A stretch of 20,251 nucleotides of DNA, from positions 1-20,251 of the forward strand of contig DAHWNL010000026.1 of the NCBI GenBank assembly GCA_027339965.1, written 5' to 3'. The translations under genes were made by a program, and so were the position numbers. Under the pieces are notes generated by a model. That model was not told the DNA's origin. It ran no database searches and saw nothing but the letters and a program-made list of their open reading frames with translations. Positions within the stretch are counted from its first letter, which is position 1; each line of letters opens with the position of its first letter. The stretch is from Granulicella sp. (GTDB lineage: Bacteria > Acidobacteriota > Terriglobia > Terriglobales > Acidobacteriaceae). Of this stretch, positions 9,556 to 20,251 are shown in pieces.

Positions 9556-9876
9556 ATGCCAGATCTCCTATCCTCGGCTGCTCCGTGGATAGCTGTTGCG
9601 CTTGTTGTTGAGATATGGAGCTACGCCCGCCAGCCCAAAGGCGCAGACGGCGAAGCCATGCCGGCAGGGCTGGCCCTCCCTGGGGCAGAGCGTCCACGGG
9701 AGAGCCCAACCGCGGGAGGAGCCGGGTCAGGCGTTTTACGGCCTGCCTCCCCTGCAGCCAGACCGGAGGAGACGTCTTCTGCCGGAAGTCTTCCGCCCAT
9801 GCGGAAGCTGCAAGCGTGGCTGGCTGGCTGGCGTGGCTGGCTGGCGAGGCTGGCTGGAAAGAGGGCGCTCCGTTGA
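9556..9876 (+). CDS. Possible small hypothetical membrane protein
   Basis: 106-aa ORF with an N-terminal hydrophobic segment (APWIAVALVVEIW), a Pro/Gly/Ala-rich middle and an amphipathic Trp/Arg C-terminus. No SD and no recognisable family. Confidence 0.3.
   Translation: MPDLLSSAAPWIAVALVVEIWSYARQPKGADGEAMPAGLALPGAERPRESPTAGGAGSGVLRPASPAARPEETSSAGSLPPMRKLQAWLAGWRGWLARLAGKRALR
9814..9857. repeat. Imperfect short tandem repeat GCG(T/A)GGCTGGCTG x3, built from GGCT units
   Basis: gcgtggctggctggctg-gcgtggctggctg-gcgaggctggctgg, read directly. Confidence 0.7.
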
Positions 9877-10043
9877 GCACGACTCCTCATCCGGCTGGAT
9901 CCATCGGATCAAGGCAGATCCTCCGGTGCGTTGGACGGAATTCTTTCCATTGCTCAAATCACCCGGCACGGATGTAGACTGGCTGTGCTTTATCGTACGG
10001 AACCACCATCTCACATCAGCTCACCAGGTCCCATGGAGGGTCT

Positions 10044-10772
10044 ATGCAATTCTCATTTTCGAAACGTTGCATTGCAGAGTTTTTCGGTACCTTCTGGCTC
10101 GTCTTCGCCGGCTGTGGAGCAGCTCTCTTCGCCGCTACTTTTCCCAACACAGGCATAGGCTTTTTGGGTGTCTCCCTGGCCTTTGGGCTGACCGTGTTGA
10201 CCATGGCGTACGCCGTCGGTCACATCTCCGGATGCCACCTGAACCCGGCGGTTACGTTAGGTCTGGTAGCCGGTAAGCGATTTTCTGCGAAGGAGCTGTT
10301 ACCCTATTGGGCTGCTCAGACACTGGGCGCCATTGTGGCATCGGGAGTGCTTTACATCATCTTCGCCGGCCGCGCCACATGGAGTCTGGATGGCTTTGCG
10401 TCCAACGGTTATGCAGCGCACTCCCCTGGCGGTTACAACTTGCTGGCATGTCTGGTGGCAGAGGTGGTCCTCACCTTCTTCTTCATTCTGGTGATCATGG
10501 GCGCAACCGACGAGCGTGCGTCCAAAGCGCATGCGCCGTTGGCGATCGGTCTCTGCCTGACCTTGATCAACCTGGTTGGCATTCCGATCACGAATTGCTC
10601 TGTGAATCCGGCGCGCTCCACCGGTCCGGCGATTGTAGTAGCTGCCGGAGGCAACTTCTGGGCGCTCGGGCAGTTATGGCTGTTCTGGGTTGCACCGTTA
10701 GCGGGTGGCCTGCTAGGTGGGCTGTTCTACAAAGCCGTTCTTGCTGAGAGTTGTACGCCAGCGACGACGTAG
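10044..10772 (+). CDS. aqpZ: Aquaporin Z (MIP family)
   Basis: SD GGAGG upstream. [27 protein letters not shown] and SVNPARS (two NPA boxes), QLWLFWVAP; collinear with E. coli AqpZ as I recall it. Confidence 0.95.
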   Translation: MQFSFSKRCIAEFFGTFWLVFAGCGAALFAATFPNTGIGFLGVSLAFGLTVLTMAYAVGHISGCHLNPAVTLGLVAGKRFSAKELLPYWAAQTLGAIVASGVLYIIFAGRATWSLDGFASNGYAAHSPGGYNLLACLVAEVVLTFFFILVIMGATDERASKAHAPLAIGLCLTLINLVGIPITNCSVNPARSTGPAIVVAAGGNFWALGQLWLFWVAPLAGGLLGGLFYKAVLAESCTPATT

Positions 10773-10831
10773 AGACCCATTCCGTGCTCGGCGCAGCTTT
10801 TTAGAGGCGCGGGCCTTCATGGAGGCGATTG

Positions 10832-10887
10832 CGGCGTGCTCCTTCCGCCCCGGCGGGCAAGCCGGATGAGATGGAAGGAGCACGCCG
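10832..10887. repeat. Perfect 15-bp inverted repeat (stem-loop) between convergent aqpZ and gyrB
   Basis: CGGCGTGCTCCTTCC (10832-10846) pairs with GGAAGGAGCACGCCG (10873-10887); inner CCGGC/GCCGG stem. Confidence 0.8.
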
Positions 10888-10980
10888 AAGTTGGTTGCCG
10901 TGGCGGATTACGCCAATTCGGAAGAGGCTATCGGCTACCCTGGCATCTAAGACGAAGGATTCCCTGTTGCGTGCAGCCCT

Positions 10981-13740
<2,760 letters not shown>

Positions 13741-13743
13741 CTA

Positions 13744-13752
13744 AGTATAGCA
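13744..13752 (-). promoter_or_regulatory. Extended -10 promoter of gyrB
   Basis: Minus strand reads TG-C-TATACT about 100 nt upstream of the gyrB start. Confidence 0.55.
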
Positions 13753-13935
13753 TGTTCCCACCCCGGGCCGGGCGTACTGTTTTGCGCACCAGCATCGTCG
13801 TTCCGCCGGCTCTGAAGTCCGAAGCAGGATTCATCCGCATACGTTACCAACGGAGGTCGGCGCTCTGTCTATAACCGGAGTTCCTTAAAGGGCATACGGA
13901 TCTGCCGGCGCTATGAGCAGAGACCGCCCGGCGTA

Positions 13936-13969
13936 GCGCAGAGGGCTTCGGGGCGCAGAGGGCTTCGGG
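13936..13969. repeat. Exact 17-bp tandem duplication
   Basis: GCGCAGAGGGCTTCGGG at 13936-13952 and 13953-13969. Confidence 0.9.
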
Positions 13970-14213
13970 ACTGTGAAGCGCCGTCGAAAGAGCACCAACG
14001 AGCCGGAGGCGTTGATGCCTGTCAGGCGTGGAGCGCATGCCGAACAGGAGGGTCTAAAGCCGATGCGCCAGACCCGATGGGGAAGCGAAGTGAAAACATC
14101 GATCGCCGCACCTTCCCGCAGGGCGCGGCCCTTGCAGGAGTCACGAAGTTTACGCGGCCAACTCCGCTGGGATCAGGATATTGGCAGAGCAATCTTTGAT
14201 CCGCGGGTGTTTG

Positions 14214-14243
14214 TTGCGGCCGGCAGAGGAGCCGGGGTAAACT
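14214..14243 (+). promoter_or_regulatory. Sigma70-type promoter of tRNA-Val
   Basis: TTGCGG (14214-14219), N18, TAAACT (14238-14243), ending 15 nt before the tRNA. Confidence 0.5.
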
Positions 14244-14258
14244 GAAAAGACGCACCAC

Positions 14259-14335
14259 AGGCGCGTAGCTCAGTTGGTTAGAGCGCTACCTTGACACGGT
14301 AGAGGTCAGCGGTTCGAATCCGCTCGTGCCTACCA
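14259..14335 (+). tRNA. tRNA-Val (anticodon GAC)
   Basis: Acceptor stem AGGCGCG/CGTGCCT, D-arm GCTC-AGTTGGTTA-GAGC, anticodon arm CTACC-TTGACAC-GGTAG (GAC at 14293-14295), T-arm AGCGG-TTCGAAT-CCGCT, discriminator A and encoded CCA; 77 nt. Confidence 0.98.
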
Positions 14336-14546
14336 GCTTTTCCGCGGTTCTCTTCGCGAGATAACGGTCCGATGGAGAACCGGATGCGGCCCGGGCGAGA
14401 CCGCCGGGCAAGGATGAAAGCTGGAGCGGAGCAGCCCATTCGCCCGCATCTTCTGAGCGGCTGGGTTTCAGGATCTGTGGCGCTCTCCAGGCGCCCTTCG
14501 TATTCTGCCAAGTGCAGTTCAAGTTTTGATGGTTGGGAGTGAAGTG

Positions 14547-14738
14547 ATGGCACAGGTATGTGAGTATTGCGGCAAAGGCCCGCAGTTTGGCAACAACATC
14601 TCGCACGCGCACAACGTAACCCGGCGGCGCTGGAACCCGAATCTGCAATCGGTGAAGGCGGCCTCGCCGGCGGGCGGCTCCAGACGCGTGACAGTATGCA
14701 CCCGCTGTATCAAGGCCGGCAAGGTCGTCAAGGGTTAA
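14547..14738 (+). CDS. rpmB: 50S ribosomal protein L28 (bL28), form with two CxxC motifs
   Basis: ATG 14547 after [39 protein letters not shown]...[11 protein letters not shown]; 63 aa. Confidence 0.97.
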   Translation: MAQVCEYCGKGPQFGNNISHAHNVTRRRWNPNLQSVKAASPAGGSRRVTVCTRCIKAGKVVKG

Positions 14739-14755
14739 AGGTCGTCAAGGGTTAA
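14721..14755. repeat. Exact 17-bp tandem duplication of the rpmB 3' end
   Basis: AAGGTCGTCAAGGGTTA at 14721-14737 and 14738-14754, followed by A. Confidence 0.92.
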
Positions 14756-14781
14756 TAGCTTCGGCGCGAAAGACGCCGTGC

Positions 14782-14819
14782 AAACAAAGCTCCGGCTTTC
14801 GCCGGGGCCTCTGGTGTTT
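14782..14819. terminator. Probable (possibly bidirectional) intrinsic terminator between convergent rpmB and msrB
   Basis: Hairpin GCTCCGGC-TTTC-GCCGGGGC (14789-14808). The A-rich left flank AAACAAA gives a U-rich tail on the minus strand; TGTTT lies downstream on the plus strand. Confidence 0.6.
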
Positions 14820-14834
14820 AAGCTTCCTGCCGGC

Positions 14835-15248
14835 TCACTCCGCTCCACCTGCGGAACGCTCCTGAAAGGTCAATGAGGCGGAGTTGATGCAAAAGCGCTG
14901 ACCGGTGGGTCTGGGCCCATCGGGAAAGACATGGCCAAGATGGCCTCCGCAGCCCGCGCAGGTGACTTCCACGCGCCGCATGCCGTGGGAGATATCTTCC
15001 TCCAACTCCACGGCGTCGTCGGTTACAGGCTGGAAGAAGCTGGGCCAGCCGGAGCCGGATTCGAACTTGGTTTGGGAGTGGAACAGCGGCGCGCCGCAGG
15101 CGGCGCAGTGGTAAAAGCCGTCGATGTGGTTATGCAGCAGAGCTCCGCGAAAGGGATGTTCGGTCCCCTTCTGGCGCAGGATACGGTACTGTTCGGGGGT
15201 AAGCTGCTCGCGCCACTCGGCGTCGGTTTTTTGCACTCTGGCAGGCAT
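14835..15248 (-). CDS. msrB: Peptide-methionine (R)-sulfoxide reductase MsrB
   Basis: True start is ATG 15248 (SD AGGAGA); the ORF track's 206-aa version is over-extended. Motifs: [25 protein letters not shown] zinc pairs, [21 protein letters not shown], catalytic RFCINS. 137 aa. Confidence 0.96.
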   Translation of the reverse strand: MPARVQKTDAEWREQLTPEQYRILRQKGTEHPFRGALLHNHIDGFYHCAACGAPLFHSQTKFESGSGWPSFFQPVTDDAVELEEDISHGMRRVEVTCAGCGGHLGHVFPDGPRPTGQRFCINSASLTFQERSAGGAE

Positions 15249-15333
15249 GGTGTCTCCTGGAGGGTTTGATTCAAAAGGCAGGCTGCAGGGTGCGCCGGCA
15301 TGCTTTGCATGGGCGAAGGGCCGGATCCGGCAT

Positions 15334-15756
15334 TCAGGCTGACGGGATGACGGCAATGCAGTCAATCTCCACCAGGGCATCCTTCGGCAGAGCGGCCACC
15401 TGCACCGTGGTGCGGGCCGGAGCGACCGTGCCCGGAGGGGCCAAATAGGTGGCATAGACCGCGTTCATGGCGGCGAAGTCGGCCAGATCCTGAAGGTAGA
15501 CGGTGGTTTTGACCACATGGGCGAGGTCCAGGTCCGCAGCGCGGAGGAGCGCTTTGACGTTCTCCAGAACGCGTGCGGTCTGGGCTTCAATTCCACCAGG
15601 AACCAGTTGGCCGGTGGCCGGATCCAGCCCGACCTGGCCGGAGGTGTAAAAGAAGGCGCCGGCGCGAATGGATTGGGAGTAAGGGCCGATGGCCGCGGGA
15701 GCGGCCTGGGTGGTGACGGCGGACTTGAGGCTTTCATCCGGGAGCATAGGGGGCAT
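15334..15756 (-). CDS. ridA: RidA family reactive intermediate/imine deaminase (YjgF/YER057c/UK114)
   Basis: [39 protein letters not shown] (catalytic Arg), [10 protein letters not shown]. Confidence 0.93.
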   Translation of the reverse strand: MPPMLPDESLKSAVTTQAAPAAIGPYSQSIRAGAFFYTSGQVGLDPATGQLVPGGIEAQTARVLENVKALLRAADLDLAHVVKTTVYLQDLADFAAMNAVYATYLAPPGTVAPARTTVQVAALPKDALVEIDCIAVIPSA

Positions 15757-15763
15757 AGGCTGG

Positions 15764-15793
15764 ATTGTCCGTCACGGGCCCCCTGGGGCGCAA
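15764..15793 (-). promoter_or_regulatory. Candidate leaderless promoter of ridA
   Basis: Minus strand reads TTGCGC-N18-GACAAT-N7-ATG(15756); no SD. Confidence 0.45.
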
Positions 15794-15849
15794 GCGCTCT
15801 GTGCGGCATATGCTGGACCCCTCGGCCCGGATTGGCGGATTTCCCCAAG

Positions 15850-18800
15850 TCACCGCAGTTCTGGCTGGGGCTGTAATCTCTCAAGTAGCTTAAGCGTCTC
15901 CGCCAGCACCACTTCGGCCTGGGCGCCGGAGAGCGGCCAGCGCAGAGTGCCCTGCGGCGTAAGCTGGGCTCCCTGTTTTGCCTGGCGCGCCACCAGCTTC
16001 ATTAACATGCCCACGTTGATCCCCACCCCGTCCGGCTGCGGGGCTGCGTGCAGCTTTTCGCTGAAGGTAATGTAGAGCATCTCCCGCATCGGCTTGAGCA
16101 CACCGGCCTGCGCGGCCGCGGAGGAGCGAGCTGGCGTAGCCTGACGCAGGGCCATGGTGGCGTTGGTTATGGGAAGGTTGACTGCGGCGCGGTTGGAGTA
16201 CTGCAGACTTGGAACCTGGGGGGCCTGGCCATGCCGTCCGGGCAGCGGCGTTGCGGCAACGGCCCATCCGCCGAGCCCCGGCCTCTGTCCACCCGGGCCT
16301 GGCCCGTGGCTGCCCAGCCTTGGCCACTGCTCCGGGAGTCCTGCTGGTTTGGCGGGAGCCCGGGCAGGCGAACGGACCGGGGTTGCCGGTTTGGCCTCTT
16401 CGATGACGGTTCGCTTGCGCTCGATCTGAGTAATGCCCAAGGTCTCTGCGATCAGCCGGATCTCAGCGGCTCTCAGCAGGTGCAGAACGCCTTCCGGCGG
16501 CTTGCCGTAGCGATCCTCCAGCTCGGCGCGCACCTCGGCGAGGCCCGCGTCCGACTCCGCGGAGGCGATGCGCTTGTACATCCTCAGTCTTTGTCCTTCG
16601 TCTGGGATATATTCGTCGTCGATCCGCAGCGAGATTCCCAGATGGATGGTCACTGGAGCACGCTCCTGCCGCGGCTCGCCCTTCAGTCGGCTGACTGCCT
16701 CCTCCAGCATGGTGGTGTACATCTCAAAGCCGATGGCCTCGATGTGGCCGGACTGCTCTCCGCCCAGCATGTTGCCCGCTCCGCGCAGCTCCAGGTCCAG
16801 GGCTGCAATCTTGAAGCCGGCACCCAGATCGGAAAACTCTTTGAGCGCGGCCAGGCGGCGTCGCGCAATTTCGGTGAGCTGCTGCTCGGGTGGAATGAGC
16901 AGATACGCATAGGCCCGGCGGTTGGAGCGTCCCACGCGACCGCGCAACTGATAAAGCTCGCTCAACCCATGCCGGTCGGCGCGGTTGATGATGATGGTGT
17001 TGGCGCGAGGAATGTCCAGACCATTCTCGATGATCGAACTTGCGCAGAGCACATCGTACTCGCCTTCCATGAAGGCCAGCATGGTGCGTTCGAGTTCGGC
17101 TTCGGGCATCTGTCCGTGGCCCACTACGACCCGCGCCTGGGGAACCAGCTCGCGGATCTTGGAGGCGATATCGTAGATGGTCTCCACGCGATTGTGCACA
17201 AAGTAGACCTGTCCGCTGCGCTCCAGCTCAACTTCGATCGCGGTGCGAATCAGCTTTTCATCGAACTTCGCCACAATAGTCTGTATCGCCATGCGGTCCT
17301 TGGGCGGGGTTTCAATGATGCTCATGTCACGCAGGCCCACCAGGGACATGTGCAGGGTGCGTGGGATGGGCGTGGCGCTCATGCTGAGCACATCAATGGC
17401 CGCGCGCATCTGCTTTAGTCGCTCTTTGTGGCGCACTCCGAAGCGTTGCTCCTCGTCCACGATGAGCAGGCCGAGATCCTGGAAGCGGAGCTCTCTGGAG
17501 AGCAGAGCATGGGTTCCGACCAGAATGTCCACCTTGCCCTGCTCGGCGCGCTCCAGAATCTCCTTCTTCTCTTTGGCGGTACGAAAGCGAGAGAGCATCT
17601 CCACCACTACCGGGAATTTGCTGAAACGCCGCTTGAAGCTCTCGAAGTGCTGGAAGCAGAGCACGGTGGTGGGCGTGAGCACAGCGACCTGTTTGCCGTC
17701 CTGGACGGCTTTGAAAGCGGCGCGCATGGCTACTTCGGTCTTGCCATATCCCACATCGCCGCAGAGCAGGCGATCCATCGGCTGAACCGATTCCATATCC
17801 GCTTTGATATCGGCAATGGCGGTGAGTTGATCGTCCGTCTCGTTGAAGTCGAAGGCATCTTCAAACTCGCGCTGCAGGTTGCTGTCCGGTGAAAATGCCG
17901 TCCCGGCCGCAGCCTTGCGCTGCGCATAGAGCTTGAGCAACTCCTCGGCCATGTCCTGCATGGCCTTCTTCACCCGCGCCTTGGTCTTGCTCCAGGAGGG
18001 AGATCCCAGCCGGTTCAACTGCGGGGCGGGGCCGGTCTCGGTGGAGCGGTACTTCTGGATCAGATCCAGCCGAGTCAAGGGAACGTAGAGCTTAGCGTCT
18101 TCGGCGAAGGTGAGGATCATCAGATCGAGATAGGATCCGTCGGGTTGCTCCAGGGTGCGCAGTCCGTCGTAGCGGGCGATGCCATGCTCCACATGCACGA
18201 CATAGTCGCCCACGGAGAGATCGCGGAAGTCGGAGACAAACGCCGAGGTCTTCGATCGCCGCCGCTCCGGCCGGGCCATCACGTCGGCATCGTCGCTGAT
18301 GTCGTTGGCCCCCAGGATGACCACCTGCCGGGCGGTGCGCCGGTCCAGATCCAGCACCTGCACGCCGTTGGCGATGGCCAGCCGCACGATCACCGGGGTG
18401 CGGAGATCGCCCGCGAGGTGACTGGACTCGGAGTACTGGGTTGCGCCTGCGCCGCCGTGCTGATCGACGCGGGAGCCGATGCGGTAAGGCACGCCGTACT
18501 CCTGCATCAGCCCCGCCAGCCGCTCCACCTCGCCCTGATTGGGCGCAGCGATCAAGACTCGTGCCTCACTCTGCATCAGCAGCTTTAAGTGGTCGATCAG
18601 AGCCGGAATCGAACCGTGAAATCGCATCGTCGGTCGAGTGGCAAACTCGATCTCCGCGGCGTCGCTGCGGTCGCCATCCAGCACATCCACTGCGCCCAGT
18701 TGATCCAGATCAAAGCCGGCGTAGCGGCGGACGGCGTCCTGCAACTCCCACGGGGTGAGATACAGATCCGATGGCCGCACGAGCGAACCAACACCGGAGC

Positions 18801-19893
18801 GGTCGTGGCTCTGCTCCACCTTCTGCCACCAACGTTCGCCTTGATTGGCCACCATCGCCGGCTCTTCCACCAGTACCCGGGTGTGCGGCCCCAGCAACTC
18901 CAGCAGAGAAGATCGGGCGCCGGCGACGGGGGCATAGAACTCCCAGCCCGGAAAGATGGTCGGCTGGCCAAGAATCGCTCCGTTGTGCGCCGCGGGTGAC
19001 GCCGTCGGAGAGAAGTTTTCGGCCGGCTCTCGATCATCGCCGGCTCCGTCGTCATTGCTCTTTGTAACGCCTGCGGCGCGCCGCGTCAGTCGCGCGTTGA
19101 TCGCACCCAGTAGAGCCTCGGTGGCCGGCGTCTCGGTGAGCGGCAAGAGCAGAATCTCCTCCACCGCCGAGCTGGAGCGCTGCGACTCAGGATCAAACCG
19201 GCGCATCGACTCGATCTCATCGCCAAGGAACTGGATGCGGACGGGCCGCTCCATCTCAGGTCCATAGACATCCAGGATGCCTCCACGGATGGAGACCTGC
19301 CCGGTCATCTCCACGACCTCCACACGGTTGTAACCCACCGACTGCAGGTGCTCCAGCAGCATCTCGGGCAGATGCTCCTCGCCGGTACGCAGGCGCAGGG
19401 CGAGCGCCGCATAGTACTCGCGTGAAAACAAACGCATGCAGGCGGCTTCCACGGGGGCGATCACCAACCGTACCGGAGGGCCGGATGGAGATCGCCCGGC
19501 ACTGCGGCTGGCCAGCTTCCATAACGTGGCCGCGCGCTGCTCCTGGATCTCGCCGTGGGGCGAAAGGTTCTCGAACGGAAGCACGTCGTGCGCCGGCAGA
19601 CGCAGCACCTGTTCCGGGTCCAGAACTCCGGTCAGCTCGCAGGCGACCTGAACTGCGGCGTGAAGAGCCTCCGCAGCTTTGTTGTCCGAGACCAGGACCA
19701 GCAATGGAACGTCTCCCCCTGAGAGCGGCTGGGCGGCGCGCGCGAAGGAGGGAAGGTACAAGGCTCGTGCGCCGACGGTCAGCCCAGACACACGTCTCCG
19801 CCCCATACCGCCTGCCAGATGGCGACGCGCACGCTCAAAGGCTTCGGAGTATTCCAGGTCCGCGACCAGCTCGCGGACGAAGGGAAGAATCAT
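15850..19893 (-). CDS. mfd: Transcription-repair coupling factor Mfd
   Basis: UvrB-homology region (IRGGILDVY), RNAP-interaction domain ([14 protein letters not shown]), SF2 motifs [35 protein letters not shown] motif ([17 protein letters not shown]) and TRCF domain ([16 protein letters not shown]). 1347 aa. Confidence 0.98.
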   Translation of the reverse strand: MILPFVRELVADLEYSEAFERARRHLAGGMGRRRVSGLTVGARALYLPSFARAAQPLSGGDVPLLVLVSDNKAAEALHAAVQVACELTGVLDPEQVLRLPAHDVLPFENLSPHGEIQEQRAATLWKLASRSAGRSPSGPPVRLVIAPVEAACMRLFSREYYAALALRLRTGEEHLPEMLLEHLQSVGYNRVEVVEMTGQVSIRGGILDVYGPEMERPVRIQFLGDEIESMRRFDPESQRSSSAVEEILLLPLTETPATEALLGAINARLTRRAAGVTKSNDDGAGDDREPAENFSPTASPAAHNGAILGQPTIFPGWEFYAPVAGARSSLLELLGPHTRVLVEEPAMVANQGERWWQKVEQSHDRSGVGSLVRPSDLYLTPWELQDAVRRYAGFDLDQLGAVDVLDGDRSDAAEIEFATRPTMRFHGSIPALIDHLKLLMQSEARVLIAAPNQGEVERLAGLMQEYGVPYRIGSRVDQHGGAGATQYSESSHLAGDLRTPVIVRLAIANGVQVLDLDRRTARQVVILGANDISDDADVMARPERRRSKTSAFVSDFRDLSVGDYVVHVEHGIARYDGLRTLEQPDGSYLDLMILTFAEDAKLYVPLTRLDLIQKYRSTETGPAPQLNRLGSPSWSKTKARVKKAMQDMAEELLKLYAQRKAAAGTAFSPDSNLQREFEDAFDFNETDDQLTAIADIKADMESVQPMDRLLCGDVGYGKTEVAMRAAFKAVQDGKQVAVLTPTTVLCFQHFESFKRRFSKFPVVVEMLSRFRTAKEKKEILERAEQGKVDILVGTHALLSRELRFQDLGLLIVDEEQRFGVRHKERLKQMRAAIDVLSMSATPIPRTLHMSLVGLRDMSIIETPPKDRMAIQTIVAKFDEKLIRTAIEVELERSGQVYFVHNRVETIYDIASKIRELVPQARVVVGHGQMPEAELERTMLAFMEGEYDVLCASSIIENGLDIPRANTIIINRADRHGLSELYQLRGRVGRSNRRAYAYLLIPPEQQLTEIARRRLAALKEFSDLGAGFKIAALDLELRGAGNMLGGEQSGHIEAIGFEMYTTMLEEAVSRLKGEPRQERAPVTIHLGISLRIDDEYIPDEGQRLRMYKRIASAESDAGLAEVRAELEDRYGKPPEGVLHLLRAAEIRLIAETLGITQIERKRTVIEEAKPATPVRSPARAPAKPAGLPEQWPRLGSHGPGPGGQRPGLGGWAVAATPLPGRHGQAPQVPSLQYSNRAAVNLPITNATMALRQATPARSSAAAQAGVLKPMREMLYITFSEKLHAAPQPDGVGINVGMLMKLVARQAKQGAQLTPQGTLRWPLSGAQAEVVLAETLKLLERLQPQPELR

Positions 19894-19902
19894 GCAGGCT
19901 CC

Positions 19903-19911
19903 AGTCTATCA
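19903..19911 (-). promoter_or_regulatory. Extended -10 element just upstream of mfd
   Basis: Minus strand reads TG-A-TAGACT-N9-ATG; TCGGCA lies at 17-bp spacing. Confidence 0.45.
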
Positions 19912-20058
19912 ACCAACCAGCAGCCTGCCGATTTGCCCGGGTTCCGCAGCCGCAAGGGTTGACGGTGCGCGGCCCGGACCGAGCCTCGGCCTGGGAAGAA
20001 GCCCCCCGCCAAGAGCCCGGAAGGGAAATCATCAGTCTGCTTCTGCCCGGGCGGGCAT

Positions 20059-20067
20059 TGATAAAAT
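20059..20067 (+). promoter_or_regulatory. Extended -10 element; probable leaderless promoter of gatB
   Basis: TG-A-TAAAAT (20059-20067), N7, ATG 20075; no SD. Confidence 0.6.
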
Positions 20068-20074
20068 CGACCAC

Positions 20075-20251
20075 ATGTCCGCAGCTTTTGCTCTTTCCCC
20101 GGAAGTTCTTGCCAAGTACCAGCCCGTGATCGGCCTGGAGGTTCACGTCCAGCTCCTCACCCGCTCCAAGGCCTTCTGCGGCTGCCGAAACGAGTACGGT
20201 GGCGAACCCAACACCCACGTCTGTCCCGTCTGCCTGGGCCTCCCCGGAGCC
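20075..20251 (+). CDS. gatB: Asp-tRNA(Asn)/Glu-tRNA(Gln) amidotransferase subunit B, 5' fragment truncated by the window end
   Basis: Manual translation gives [59 protein letters not shown], containing the GatB signatures IGLEVHVQL and [14 protein letters not shown]. Absent from the ORF track. Confidence 0.96.
   Translation, partial: MSAAFALSPEVLAKYQPVIGLEVHVQLLTRSKAFCGCRNEYGGEPNTHVCPVCLGLPGA

Noticed and set aside
9596..10276. 226-aa + ORF overlapping the aqpZ start
   Set aside because: Out-of-frame overlap with a clear gene; Arg-rich, non-protein-like composition.
14259..14335. tRNA-Val as a prophage or island integration site
   Set aside because: No integrase and no duplicated tRNA 3' end seen in the window; the flanks are core genes.
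13936..14755. Short repeats as a CRISPR array
   Set aside because: Only two adjacent copies each, no spacers and no cas genes.
15040..15070. MsrB has GSGWP, lacking the resolving Cys of GCGWP
   Set aside because: Ser or Thr at this position is a common known variant.
16048..17418. 456-aa + strand ORF (and other + ORFs across 16000-20130)
   Set aside because: Antisense shadows of mfd; no SD or family signatures.

Overview
Bacterial chromosomal window with GC-rich DNA. It most resembles Acidobacteriota (Terriglobia/Acidobacteriaceae-like); this is inferred from the style of the Mfd and GyrB proteins and from the regulator family, and was not verified. The left half (~460-10770, + strand) is accessory-looking: a predicted membrane-anchored winged-helix regulator (ToxR/CadC-like layout), three exported hydrolases (Tat-signal S1 sulfatase, AcpA/phospholipase C-family phosphoesterase, GH38 alpha-mannosidase), a doubtful small ORF, and an aquaporin Z with a non-canonical selectivity filter. 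The right half is core genome: gyrB (-), tRNA-Val(GAC) (+), rpmB (+), msrB (-), a RidA-family gene (-), mfd (-), and the 5' end of gatB (+, missing from the ORF track, truncated by the window edge). The best candidate for a new system is the regulator + sulfatase + phosphoesterase + mannosidase cluster, with a palindromic candidate operator. Other notable points are the AqpZ F-N-C-R filter, low-complexity insertions in Mfd and GyrB, probable leaderless promoters, two exact 17-bp tandem duplications and several hairpin-rich intergenic regions. I found no CRISPR array, integrase or intact transposase.
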